This document shows, piece by piece, positions 19,933 to 29,326 of a stretch of 64,000 nucleotides of DNA (positions are counted from its first letter, which is position 1; each line of letters begins with the position of its first letter). The notes under the pieces were generated by a model, which searched no databases, was not told the origin of the DNA, and saw nothing but the letters and a program-made list of their open reading frames with translations. Both the position numbers and the translations under genes were made by a program. This stretch comes from Acidobacteriota bacterium (GTDB taxonomy: Bacteria > Acidobacteriota > UBA6911 > RPQK01 > JAJDTT01), in assembly GCA_965263035.1 (NCBI GenBank), contig OZ253580.1, positions 832,001 through 896,000 of the forward strand, read 5' to 3'.

Positions 19933-21435
19933 CTAGGCAATGATTGTGTCGAGAACCTTTCCGCCGATATCGGTCAGCCTTCTGAAGCGTCCTTCGTGGA
20001 GGTAGGTCAACCTTTCGTCGTGCAGACCGAGGAGATTCAAAATAGTCGCGTGGACGTCGCGCATGTGAATTGGCTGGCCAATTTGGCCTATGCCGAACTC
20101 ATCCGTCTCGCCGACTCGTGAACCGCCTTTGACGTCTCCACCCGCCAGCCACATGACCAGTCCATACTGGTTATGGTCCCGGCCGGGCTTGTCGCCGTAC
20201 AGATCGTTGATAAAAGAGGTGCGCCCCATTTCAGACGCCCAGACGACAAGCGTTTCTTCCAGCAGTCCCTCCCTCTTCAGGTCCTTGAGCAGCGCAGCTA
20301 CGGGTTGATCCACCTCGATTGCGTGCCGTGGAAGCCGGCCTTTGATATTGCCGTGGTCGTCCCAACTACTCTTGCCGTTCTCGACTCCGTGAACGACAAG
20401 ACTGTAGCGTACTCCCTTTTGCACGAGGCGCTTTGCCAGCAGACACTGACGTCCAAAAGCCTCCGTAAGAGGATTGTCAAGTCCGTACATCTTCCTGGTC
20501 AATTCCGATTCCTTGGACAGATCCACAACTTCCGGGGCTTCGGCTTGCATGCGGAACGCCAATTCATAGGCGTTGATGCGTGCCTCCAACTCCGAGGCGT
20601 CCGGTCGCCCGGCCTTATGCCGGCGGTTGAGCCACGTCAACAGGTCGAACTCTTCACGCTGCTGTCTTCGGCTGATCCCTACAGGCGGTTTCAGGTCGAG
20701 AATGGGCGTGCCGACGGAGCGAAAGAGGGTACCTTGATAAGAAGCGGGCAAGAAACCGCTTCCGCGCACGCCCGCGCCGTTGATGGGAGCTCCCCTCGGG
20801 TCCTGAATGACAACGTAGCCGGGAAGATTCTGGTTGGAGCTTCCCAGCCCATATGTTATCCAGGCACCCACTGAAGGGTCGCCCGGAAACTGGGAGCCGG
20901 TATTCACGTGGAGCGTGGCCGGTCCGTGATTGTTGTTATCCACCTCGATGCCGAAAATGAATGCCAGATCGTCGACACAGTCGCTGAGGTGCGGAAACAG
21001 GGTGGAAATATAATGTCCCGACTTCCCGGCCCTCTTGAATTCCCAGGGGCTGGGAATGACCTGGTGGGGCGCGTTCAGAAATCCGTCTATTTCACCGCTG
21101 AAACCTGTCATTCTGGGAACCCGCTGTCCCGCGAATTCCTGCAGTGCCGGTTTGTAGTCGAATGTGTCCATCTGGCTCACGCCTCCGGACATGAAGAGGA
21201 AAATGCAGTGCTTTGCCTTGCGCGGAAAGTACTGCGCACGGGCAGCGAGCGGATTTGGCAGCGTAGGTGCCGCGCCTAGTCGCTCGGCGAGAATCCCGGC
21301 TAAGGCGAGGGCTCCGATTCCGTTATATGAACGGGATAGGAATTCCCGGCGAGAGCAGGCATTGGGACCGAAACCGGTACACCGTCCACTCGATTGATTC
21401 GGGGAACACTGCGGATATTCTACTCTTTTCTTCAC
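19933..21435 (-). CDS. DUF1501 family protein (sulfatase-like fold, Tat-like signal)
   Basis: SRREFL, IFLFMSGGVSQMDTFDYKP, PSVGAWITYGLGS.NQNLP, YELAFRMQ, WDDH, GRDHN, RLTD. Confidence 0.92.
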   Translation of the reverse strand: MKKRVEYPQCSPNQSSGRCTGFGPNACSRREFLSRSYNGIGALALAGILAERLGAAPTLPNPLAARAQYFPRKAKHCIFLFMSGGVSQMDTFDYKPALQEFAGQRVPRMTGFSGEIDGFLNAPHQVIPSPWEFKRAGKSGHYISTLFPHLSDCVDDLAFIFGIEVDNNNHGPATLHVNTGSQFPGDPSVGAWITYGLGSSNQNLPGYVVIQDPRGAPINGAGVRGSGFLPASYQGTLFRSVGTPILDLKPPVGISRRQQREEFDLLTWLNRRHKAGRPDASELEARINAYELAFRMQAEAPEVVDLSKESELTRKMYGLDNPLTEAFGRQCLLAKRLVQKGVRYSLVVHGVENGKSSWDDHGNIKGRLPRHAIEVDQPVAALLKDLKREGLLEETLVVWASEMGRTSFINDLYGDKPGRDHNQYGLVMWLAGGDVKGGSRVGETDEFGIGQIGQPIHMRDVHATILNLLGLHDERLTYLHEGRFRRLTDIGGKVLDTIIA

Positions 21436-21444
21436 GACGTACTC

Positions 21445-24174
21445 CTAGTCGACATAGAGTAACTCGTTACTGTTTAAGAGAACCCGGCACAGGGCCACCA
21501 GGGCCTCCCGACCGGATTCCAGGGTGCTGACGAACCTTTGTGCCTCGCTGAGTTCATCCGGGTCCGGATTGCGTCCGAACGTCAACTGAAAAGCTCTCCG
21601 GACATGTCCGCCGTTCTGAGAACCGCTCTCCCTGACGATTCGTTCGGCAATGGCTTCGGCTTCAGTATTCACAAAACCACTATCGTACATGGTCAGAGCC
21701 TGCAGCGGGGTAACCGAGATTTCTCGGCGTTCGCACGGAAGCGTGAGAGAAGGCGAGTCGAAGACTTCCAGGAATGGCAGTGGCTGTGAACGGCGCTGGT
21801 ACACATAAATGCTCCGTCTCCACGCATCAGGCTCTTGGGAAGTGTCCCAGCGGGCCGCCCCGCGTGTCTCGGCCGAAAGCTGCTGGGCCAGCCCCTTCGG
21901 CAGCGGTGGGAAGACCGGCGGGCCGCCTCTTTGTCCATTCAGGTGTCCGCTCACTTCCAGGATTGTGTCTCGAATTACTTCGGCTTCCAGGCGGCGGCGG
22001 TCAAAACGCCACAGCAATCTGTTTTCGGGGTCGATTCCTTCAGCTTTCGGGTCCTCCCGGAAAGATGACTGACGGAAGGTACTCGAAGTCAGGATCAGCC
22101 TTTGGACTGCCTTGATGCTCCACTCGTCCTCCACGAAACGAAGAGCCAGCCAATCCAGAAACTCGGGATGAGTCGGAGGCTTTCCGTTTTTTCCAAAATT
22201 GCTCGCAGTCTCCACAATGCCGCGGCCGAAGTTGAACTGCCAGAGACGGTTGACCATGACGCGTGATGTCAGCGGATTCGCTGAACTGGAAATCCAGTTC
22301 GCCAAAGCCATGCGGCGGCCCCGACTCGGGTGTTTCTTGTAACGATCGATTTCTATGGTTGCGGGTCTGGAATGCCCCGTGATGGCACTGGGAAATCCCG
22401 GCTCAACCGGCTCTCCCGGTTGGTCATGCTGTCCCCGGTTGAGGACGTAGATGGCGGGAACGCTGGGTGCGTACGGGGGGCCGTCGAAGTTGGTCAGGGA
22501 CATGGCCATCGGCTGAAGCCGCTCGACAGCCCTTTCGAGAGCCAGAATATCAGCGGTGTACTGATTGAACTCTCCCTTCTCTGCGGACGAGAACAACTCC
22601 TCCTGCTTCTCAAAACCCACCGTATTGTCCGCTTCGTTGTCAATGGCTTTCTTTAAATCGCGGAGTGTAACAAGGGGCTTTTCGCCCTCCTGGTCTGTTG
22701 CTCTCACCTGCGCAATTTTTTTCGTGATCTCATTGAGTTCCGCCGTCTTGTCGGCGAGCGCCACTTCGAGTTCCCGTCTCTTAGCGTCCAATTCCGGCGC
22801 CGGCACCTCGCTGACCACCCGAAGATCGCCTCTGGCTTTCTCGATCTCGAGCGCCAAGTCGTCTCTCCGCTTATCCAGCTTCGATGTTTCACGGCGCTTG
22901 GCGACTGTCAGCCTTTCCAGAAGGGGCTTATGAAATCTCTCAAATTGCGCCCTCAAATCCTTCAGTTGCTCTTCGCGCAGAGACCGACGGGCATCGAAAC
23001 GCTCCTTGTCTCCCGGGCGATAAAACTCGGCGGGCAGCGGGCCTCCGACCTCGATCTTGGCCCGCGGTATCCTGACTGCCGCGAAGAAAGCCTTCATTCG
23101 GTAAAAGTCTCGGGTCGGGATCGGGTCGTATTTGTGATCGTGACATTTGGCGCAACCCATGGTCAGACCCAGGAAAACGGTGCTGACAGTGGTCGTCATT
23201 TCGCTCAGCAACAGGTCGCGGGATTCCTCACCGCGCGGCTCCGTAAAAGGGGCTAATCGAAGAAACGTCAGTGCGACCGCCTGCTCTGGTTCTGCCGGCG
23301 GCGGATAACCTGCCGCAGAAGTGACTTTGAAAAACTCGTCACCTGCAATTTGTTCCTTGATGAACCGGTCGTAAGGTTTGTCATGGTTGAAAGCATCGAT
23401 TACATAGTCCCGATAACGCCACGCATGTGGAAAATCCCGATCTCCTTCGTAGCCGTTGGTGTCCGCATAGCGGGCCACGTCCAACCAGTGACGGGCCCAG
23501 CGTTCCCCGTAGCGCGGATCGGCCAGCAGTCGGTCGACCAGATCTTCATAGGCGGTGGGAGATGGATCATTGACGAAACTTGCGATCTCTTCGTACGGCG
23601 GCGGCAGTCCAATCAAGTTGAAATAGAGCCGGCGAATGAGAACACTGCGATGGGCCTCGGGTGAGGGAGACAGACCCTTGTCCTCGAGCTTTCTGAGAAT
23701 GAAGTAGTCGATCTCGTTCCTGGCCCAGTCTCTCGCGTGGACCTTCGGAACCGTGTGTAGGAGAGACTTCTTGAAGGCCCAGTAATCGCGCCCGGGACCT
23801 GCTTCATTGTCCGGCTTCAGTTCCCGGATCCAGGCTTCAATCGCGACAATATCACTCTCGGGCAACGACACCGACGAGTCGAAGGGCATTCTCGGTGTCA
23901 GTTGACCCCGCAATAGCTGAACAAGCGGGCTTTCCTCGGGCCGGCCTGGTTCGACGGCGGCTCCACGCCGGGCGCCTCCCTTCAGAATCGACTCCAAGCT
24001 CCCGATGGAAAAACCACTCATTCTGGTCGATTCGTCATGGCAGGAAAGACATTTGGACTCCAGGATGTCCCGAACTGCTTGGGGAGGTTCGTCTCCGGGA
24101 TATGACGTGCCCAAGAGGGCACCAAGCCCCATCAGAAAGGCCAAGTTTGCTGTTAGCACCCTGAAGAAGCTCAA
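21445..24174 (-). CDS. Planctomycete-type cytochrome c / DUF1549 / DUF1553 (PSD1) protein
   Basis: CLSCH and CAKCH heme motifs, YWAFK, RRLYFNLIGLPP, YGERWARHWLDVARYADT, RVMVNRLWQ, PTHPE.LDWLA, RRLEAE.IRD, TPLQAL. Confidence 0.93.
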   Translation of the reverse strand: MSFFRVLTANLAFLMGLGALLGTSYPGDEPPQAVRDILESKCLSCHDESTRMSGFSIGSLESILKGGARRGAAVEPGRPEESPLVQLLRGQLTPRMPFDSSVSLPESDIVAIEAWIRELKPDNEAGPGRDYWAFKKSLLHTVPKVHARDWARNEIDYFILRKLEDKGLSPSPEAHRSVLIRRLYFNLIGLPPPYEEIASFVNDPSPTAYEDLVDRLLADPRYGERWARHWLDVARYADTNGYEGDRDFPHAWRYRDYVIDAFNHDKPYDRFIKEQIAGDEFFKVTSAAGYPPPAEPEQAVALTFLRLAPFTEPRGEESRDLLLSEMTTTVSTVFLGLTMGCAKCHDHKYDPIPTRDFYRMKAFFAAVRIPRAKIEVGGPLPAEFYRPGDKERFDARRSLREEQLKDLRAQFERFHKPLLERLTVAKRRETSKLDKRRDDLALEIEKARGDLRVVSEVPAPELDAKRRELEVALADKTAELNEITKKIAQVRATDQEGEKPLVTLRDLKKAIDNEADNTVGFEKQEELFSSAEKGEFNQYTADILALERAVERLQPMAMSLTNFDGPPYAPSVPAIYVLNRGQHDQPGEPVEPGFPSAITGHSRPATIEIDRYKKHPSRGRRMALANWISSSANPLTSRVMVNRLWQFNFGRGIVETASNFGKNGKPPTHPEFLDWLALRFVEDEWSIKAVQRLILTSSTFRQSSFREDPKAEGIDPENRLLWRFDRRRLEAEVIRDTILEVSGHLNGQRGGPPVFPPLPKGLAQQLSAETRGAARWDTSQEPDAWRRSIYVYQRRSQPLPFLEVFDSPSLTLPCERREISVTPLQALTMYDSGFVNTEAEAIAERIVRESGSQNGGHVRRAFQLTFGRNPDPDELSEAQRFVSTLESGREALVALCRVLLNSNELLYVD

Positions 24175-24224
24175 CTCAATCCACTCTCTGGGGTATTGTT
24201 CGCCACGATCCGGTAATTCCCCCT

Positions 24225-24254
24225 AAAGTACCGTCGATACAGAGGTTATGTCAA
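24225..24254 (-). promoter_or_regulatory. Candidate sigma70 promoter for PSD1-DUF1501
   Basis: TTGACA (24254-24249), 18-bp spacer, TACTTT (24230-24225). Confidence 0.4.
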
Positions 24255-24439
24255 GCTGGATCCGCATCATGGAAGTGGGCTTTGACCCGCGGCCCACCCC
24301 CCGATCGCTCCTTAAATTTCCTGTTACGTGATCGTACCCCATTACCGAGGCTATAATTGGCCACAGACCCTTCATTCAAAAGGCTGCATCCCGGACTGGA
24401 AACGGTCTTACGGATTTTTATTCATGAGGAGCCAAGAAA

Positions 24440-25936
24440 ATGCTGAGACGTAAATTCATCGAACTTGGGGTCGGGTCAGGACTCGCCGGCGCTGCTGCAA
24501 GTGGGCGGATCTCCGTTGGAAGTCCCGCAACCGTGGCAGGCCGGAAGGTCGAAACGCCACCGATTCTGAGCTCCTACACCTCTGAGGATCATCGGCGACG
24601 ACTGCAGAACATCGCACGCTGCGAGGCAGCCATCCCGAAATACGTTCGAAGGCACCTCATCACCGACTACATTCCGGGTCAGGCTGTGTACAACCTGGGC
24701 GAATACCCTTGCCGAAAACCCTGGGATCCGGACGAGTATGACGAGCGTCAATTGGACGAGCTGTGGAATAACGGCATTCGACTCGTCCAAGTCATGGAGG
24801 ATTGGAACGATTTGCTCCGGCTTTTTGGCGGTGACAAATATACCTCCGTCAATCCGGCCGGTCTCAGGCGATTCATCGACATGGTTCACCAGAGGGGCAT
24901 GAAAATCCTCCTCTACACTTCGACGGGCCACTTCCAGATCACAGACCCCGATTACCGCCCTGAGTGGGCTCGCCCCGGATTCTCGACGCGGGCCGCTCAT
25001 TGGCAGTTGATGCATTGCTCCGCGGCCAGTGCCGGCTGGCGGGCATACGTTCTCCCGCGGACTCTACGGCTCATGGACGAGTATGAGATCGATGGCCTTT
25101 ACAATGACGCCGGTTCCAGGCGCTTGCACCGCGACCCGGAACTCGCCACCAGCGATGAGGTGCTGGCCTTCGAGGAAAGCCCGGACAATGACGGAGCCTT
25201 GGGTGACATGCTCTCCCTGATCTACTCCGAGGTCAAACGACGAGGCGGTATCTACAAGATTCATCTACATGATTCCCAGCACCCGAGTACAGCGGAACAA
25301 CTCTGGGATTATCTGTGGGTGGGAGAGGGGTTGTCGAATGCGGACCGGCTGCGGGAGGAAACCAAGAGGCATGATCCTTATCTGGTCCCAATTTTCGACT
25401 GGCGCGATGGAAAACTAGAAAGCGACGAGGAGATGTTCCTGCACACCATTCCTTTTATGCAGTTTCCAGGGCTTCTGGCGGGTCGGCCTTTCACGGGCGA
25501 GAGGTCTGTCATTCCGGGCGTTGACTACCAGGCACACCCCCTCCTTGACAATTGGCGGGAGAGATGGCGTTACCATCAGGAACACCCCGACGGGCCCTAC
25601 AGCTACGGTCCCTGGGACGCCTTTCCCGGCAGACCCAGCATCCGAACTGCCCACGCCCGCTGGCTGAAGCGGTATTACCCTCTGGTCGAAACGGGCACGT
25701 ACGCCTACCTGGAGATCGAGAACAGCCGCCTGCTGGCCGGCCGGCCGGCCAGTGACGTTGTGGCGTCCGTGTTCGTGAATCTCGATATCCACCTGGTGCT
25801 GGCGAACTACGCAAGAACATCGGCGCAAATTGAAACGACCGATTCCTATTTTTCCGTTTCCGACGATTCGGCGTCGCCTGGGAAGAGGTTCGTACTGCCA
25901 CCGCGCTCGCTTCTCATACTTCGACAATCGACGTGA
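24440..25936 (+). CDS. Tat-exported putative glycoside hydrolase-like TIM-barrel protein
   Basis: MLRRKF twin-arginine signal; LRRFIDMVHQRGMKILLYTS and YEIDGLYND resemble GH (beta/alpha)8 barrels; GAGGAG RBS; TATAAT at 24352. Confidence 0.6.
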   Translation: MLRRKFIELGVGSGLAGAAASGRISVGSPATVAGRKVETPPILSSYTSEDHRRRLQNIARCEAAIPKYVRRHLITDYIPGQAVYNLGEYPCRKPWDPDEYDERQLDELWNNGIRLVQVMEDWNDLLRLFGGDKYTSVNPAGLRRFIDMVHQRGMKILLYTSTGHFQITDPDYRPEWARPGFSTRAAHWQLMHCSAASAGWRAYVLPRTLRLMDEYEIDGLYNDAGSRRLHRDPELATSDEVLAFEESPDNDGALGDMLSLIYSEVKRRGGIYKIHLHDSQHPSTAEQLWDYLWVGEGLSNADRLREETKRHDPYLVPIFDWRDGKLESDEEMFLHTIPFMQFPGLLAGRPFTGERSVIPGVDYQAHPLLDNWRERWRYHQEHPDGPYSYGPWDAFPGRPSIRTAHARWLKRYYPLVETGTYAYLEIENSRLLAGRPASDVVASVFVNLDIHLVLANYARTSAQIETTDSYFSVSDDSASPGKRFVLPPRSLLILRQST

Positions 25937-26047
25937 CATAATGACCACAGCGTGTACCAGAACAACGCTGATATTTCAGGAATTGGACAGGCTGGAATAC
26001 GGTCGTGGGCGACCTGAAGGACCGAGGTTGCCTCGCATTGCCAAGCC

Positions 26048-26152
26048 TTAACAGCCCGTGGCAAAAGTCATCACGGCATTCGACCGTCCCTGCATCCCGG
26101 CGGGCGCAGGAACGGTCTCGGTGCTCGCGGGACTTTCACCACGAACTGTTAA
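26048..26152. mobile_element. MITE-like element with 22-bp terminal inverted repeats
   Basis: TTAACAGCCCGTGGCAAAAGTC versus the reverse complement of the right end TTAACAGTTCGTGGTGAAAGTC (18/22); TTAA at both ends. Confidence 0.6.
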
Positions 26153-26976
26153 CTTCGAAGGATTCTTTCGATTTCCCGCTTCATCTTGGGTGTCTCGACC
26201 TTGACATCTACGCCGCATGCCGTGGTTTCATCGCAATCGACGTATTCGACCGCTACGACTCCGTTGTAGGTGGAAGACTTCAGCAATTCGAATATCCTCC
26301 CAAAGTCGATCGTACCCTCTTCGACCGTCTCTACCCGTTTGCCGGGAGCTGCTTGGCGGATGTGAAAATGTCTGGCGTAGGCATGCAACGGTTCGACTTC
26401 GTCTTGGGAATGCCCAGGGTCGACAAAGTGTGAATAGTCCAGAGTGAGCCCGAGTCCAGGCACCTCCCGGCAGATCCGGAGAGCGTCCTGAGGATCTTCA
26501 GCCACCGAAGGCTCGCAAGCTTCGATATTGAGAGCCAGCCCGCCTCCATTGGCGATTCCCACCAATGCCCTCAACTCCTTCACTGACAACTGAAAGGACT
26601 CTTGCCGACCGAGTTCAGCGTGTATCACTCCCGGAATCAACATGATGCTGGCACACCCGATTTTCCTGGCAAACCGGACCAGGCCCCGGAAAAGATGCCG
26701 CGTCCTGGCCCGGATCTCGGGGTCGGGATGATTGATCGGATCTCCAAAGTCCAGGAAGAAGCATTCGTTCAGTTCAAATCCCCACGGCTCCAATGCACTT
26801 AATACCCGATCGGCCATGCCATCTGGGTCGCCGGCAGCCATGATTGGATCTACTTGGGCATTCTCGTTGCTGCAGACACCCAAGTCGATCGTTTGGAATC
26901 CAAAGGCGGCAAGTATGGAAGCGGCCTCTTCCAGACTGCGGGGACCAAAAGCAAACGTGCAGCCGCCAATTCTCAT
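26149..26976 (-). CDS. Sugar phosphate isomerase/epimerase (xylose-isomerase-like TIM barrel)
   Basis: LNIE, LTLDYSH, HFHIRQ, GTIDF, VAVEY metal ligands; GGAG-like RBS before the ATG at 26976. Confidence 0.85.
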   Translation of the reverse strand: MRIGGCTFAFGPRSLEEAASILAAFGFQTIDLGVCSNENAQVDPIMAAGDPDGMADRVLSALEPWGFELNECFFLDFGDPINHPDPEIRARTRHLFRGLVRFARKIGCASIMLIPGVIHAELGRQESFQLSVKELRALVGIANGGGLALNIEACEPSVAEDPQDALRICREVPGLGLTLDYSHFVDPGHSQDEVEPLHAYARHFHIRQAAPGKRVETVEEGTIDFGRIFELLKSSTYNGVVAVEYVDCDETTACGVDVKVETPKMKREIERILRS

Positions 26977-27058
26977 CTCAGTTTCTTCACCTTGGACTAC
27001 CACATTGGCCCATCAACCTCGGTACGGCCCGTTAGCAGTCCGGTAGATCGTTCGTCCA

Positions 27059-27376
27059 TCACTCGAGGTGGAACACCTCGGTCAGGATGGGAAACATCTC
27101 GCCTTCGCGGCAAGCCGGATGTTTTTCCATGATGGGCTCCATTTTCTCGGCCCATTTTTCGTAGAGAGGGTGGGTGACCAAGGCTTCCAGCGATCGCTCG
27201 AAATCCTCAACTTCCACATAGACAAAGAGGTCGAGCTCCCTCTTGAAGATCGAATAGTTGTGAAATCCCACGTTCTGCAGGTGTTGGATCATTTTCGGCC
27301 AGACATTCCGGTGGGCTTCCACGTATTCTTCCTCCATCCCCTCCCGAATCCGCAACAGGTAGGCGACTCTCGTCAT
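27059..27376 (-). CDS. L-rhamnose mutarotase family protein
   Basis: EEYVEAHRNVWP, HNYSIF, LFVYVE, EVFHLE; GAGG RBS before the ATG at 27376. Confidence 0.88.
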   Translation of the reverse strand: MTRVAYLLRIREGMEEEYVEAHRNVWPKMIQHLQNVGFHNYSIFKRELDLFVYVEVEDFERSLEALVTHPLYEKWAEKMEPIMEKHPACREGEMFPILTEVFHLE

Positions 27377-27404
27377 CTCTTCCCCTCTTACCACTTGTCG
27401 TCCG

Positions 27405-29255
27405 TCATTTGCCGGCGATTCGAACAAGATTCGTTCCCGCGAAGTCTTCGGTGACGAACAAGTAGTCTCGCTCTCGGACTTTCTTGGCGTACGCAGTGAC
27501 CGGCCGACCATCGATCTGCACGGTCTGCCCTTTCTGTTTCGAAGGGATCATCAGACTCAGCCCTTGGACCTTCTGGGGGGTGTCAACGAAAAATTCATAG
27601 CCGCTTGCATTCTCGCGGAACCCGCGGATTCTGACTTGACTGCGGGCCCGCACGAAGTCATGCCACTGGTCGCCACTCACAATGGGAACTTCCATTTCTT
27701 TGGCGATCTCTATGCAGCCATGCGTCCAGGCTTTGTTGGAATTGATGGAATCGGGAATTGGGAACAGATAAAACGGCGGATGAAAGTTGATCGTAATCGC
27801 AGTATGAAAGCGAGTTATGCTGTTCTTCAACAGCTCGCGAAATCTTGTCAGAGCTTCCTCTGTGCTCCAGTTGGAAGAATAGAACATTTGAGAAATAATG
27901 ACGTCGTCCTCGTACTGTGTAAGCTGCTGAAAGATATCGGCAGTTCTGCCGAAACGGTCCACATAACGCATCGGCAGTCCACTTCCGGTCATGTACCCGT
28001 CATAAACGGGAATGAAATTGACGTACGTATAGTCCATTCCGACACCAACTTCAGCCAATAGGCGAGCCTGCGTGATCCAACCCATCCAGCGCAAATTGTG
28101 CATGCGGGTGGTCTGAACGGGAAGTCCGTAGATCGCTCGGAACTCCCGGACGTCTCTCTGCAACACCGACCGCATTTGCGCCTGATTCGGAAACAGAACG
28201 TCAGAACCGCCTTCGAAATGAACGCCAAATGAGATCTGATTCGGTTCCCACGATTGATGGAAGACGTGGGCTGAGGGGGCTCCCCCCTCACCGTAGGGAC
28301 GGGTCAAGTAGATGGTCAGGGGGACTTCGAGTGACTGCATGTCTCTTCGAACTGCTTCCATATCACTCGCAGTTCCAAATTCGTGGTCACTCGTCAGGAT
28401 GAAGACAGCATCGGCGCCAGCAGGAAAATACCAGACCCTCGGCAGCGTTTGCGGCTCCGTCAAGCTCCGGAGAATACCGGTCAAGAAATGCATCTGCTGG
28501 TCTGCTTGGGGGATCATCACCTTGGCCGAATCGATCCAATGGTCTTCACCGCGCAGAAACATGTCATTGGGCCGGAGACCACCGACCGCATCATTTTCCT
28601 GGTCGGCCCAGGCCGGATTGCCTTGGCGGGTCAGAGCAATGCTCCACGGAAGATCGTAGGCGAAGACGACGAACCGTCCTTGACCGAGATCACCTTCCAG
28701 GATCGAAACATCCTTGGACGGCCGTTCTTTCCCGAACCAAGCCAAGGGACGGATTCCGGGGGCAGTGTAGAGGCGACTGGGACCGTGGATCTGAAGGCTC
28801 TCGGAAACCAATCCAAGCGCCTCGGACCGGCTCGTTTCAAAGTGAATATATCCGCGTTCCGCAGTCAGCTCCGATTCCGCTTCGAGACCCAGCCTTTTGC
28901 TGAGGCTCGGCTGGGGTAGAAACGAAATCAGGTGCCCTCCGGACTTCACGTAGGAGTCGATCCGATCCAGTTGGTCACTCGTGTAGGATCCCGGAGGGAG
29001 GATCGCGACACGATATTTCCCAAGATCGCCGGGCGACAACTCCGCCAGACGCTTGAGTTCATGTTCGACGAGACCTTCAGCAAGCAGTATTTCTGCAATA
29101 TAGGCGCTGAAGTCCCGTACTCCTTCGTTTTGTTGAACGATCAGAATTCGCGACGCCTGACTGTGGCCGTTATCGCACAAACCCAGGAGCAATCCCAGAA
29201 TCAGCACCGTCTTGAATGGGTTGCGAGCGATTAAGAGTCTTTTCCCGCTTTGCAT
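27405..29255 (-). CDS. Secreted protein with a GATase-like/trimerisation N-domain and a polysaccharide-deacetylase-like C-domain
   Basis: Signal peptide after MQSGK; YVKSGGHL..GQGRFVVFAYDL; LTSDHE, FGVHF, TRMHNLRW, GMDYT, YMTGSGLPM, INFHP; start uncertain. Confidence 0.6.
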   Translation of the reverse strand: MQSGKRLLIARNPFKTVLILGLLLGLCDNGHSQASRILIVQQNEGVRDFSAYIAEILLAEGLVEHELKRLAELSPGDLGKYRVAILPPGSYTSDQLDRIDSYVKSGGHLISFLPQPSLSKRLGLEAESELTAERGYIHFETSRSEALGLVSESLQIHGPSRLYTAPGIRPLAWFGKERPSKDVSILEGDLGQGRFVVFAYDLPWSIALTRQGNPAWADQENDAVGGLRPNDMFLRGEDHWIDSAKVMIPQADQQMHFLTGILRSLTEPQTLPRVWYFPAGADAVFILTSDHEFGTASDMEAVRRDMQSLEVPLTIYLTRPYGEGGAPSAHVFHQSWEPNQISFGVHFEGGSDVLFPNQAQMRSVLQRDVREFRAIYGLPVQTTRMHNLRWMGWITQARLLAEVGVGMDYTYVNFIPVYDGYMTGSGLPMRYVDRFGRTADIFQQLTQYEDDVIISQMFYSSNWSTEEALTRFRELLKNSITRFHTAITINFHPPFYLFPIPDSINSNKAWTHGCIEIAKEMEVPIVSGDQWHDFVRARSQVRIRGFRENASGYEFFVDTPQKVQGLSLMIPSKQKGQTVQIDGRPVTAYAKKVRERDYLFVTEDFAGTNLVRIAGK

Positions 29256-29326
29256 AGTGGACCTGCCTTTGCCCCTCATACGTCCATGGGACATCTTGAG
29301 ACGTTTGTGGCTGAGAATACAGCAAT

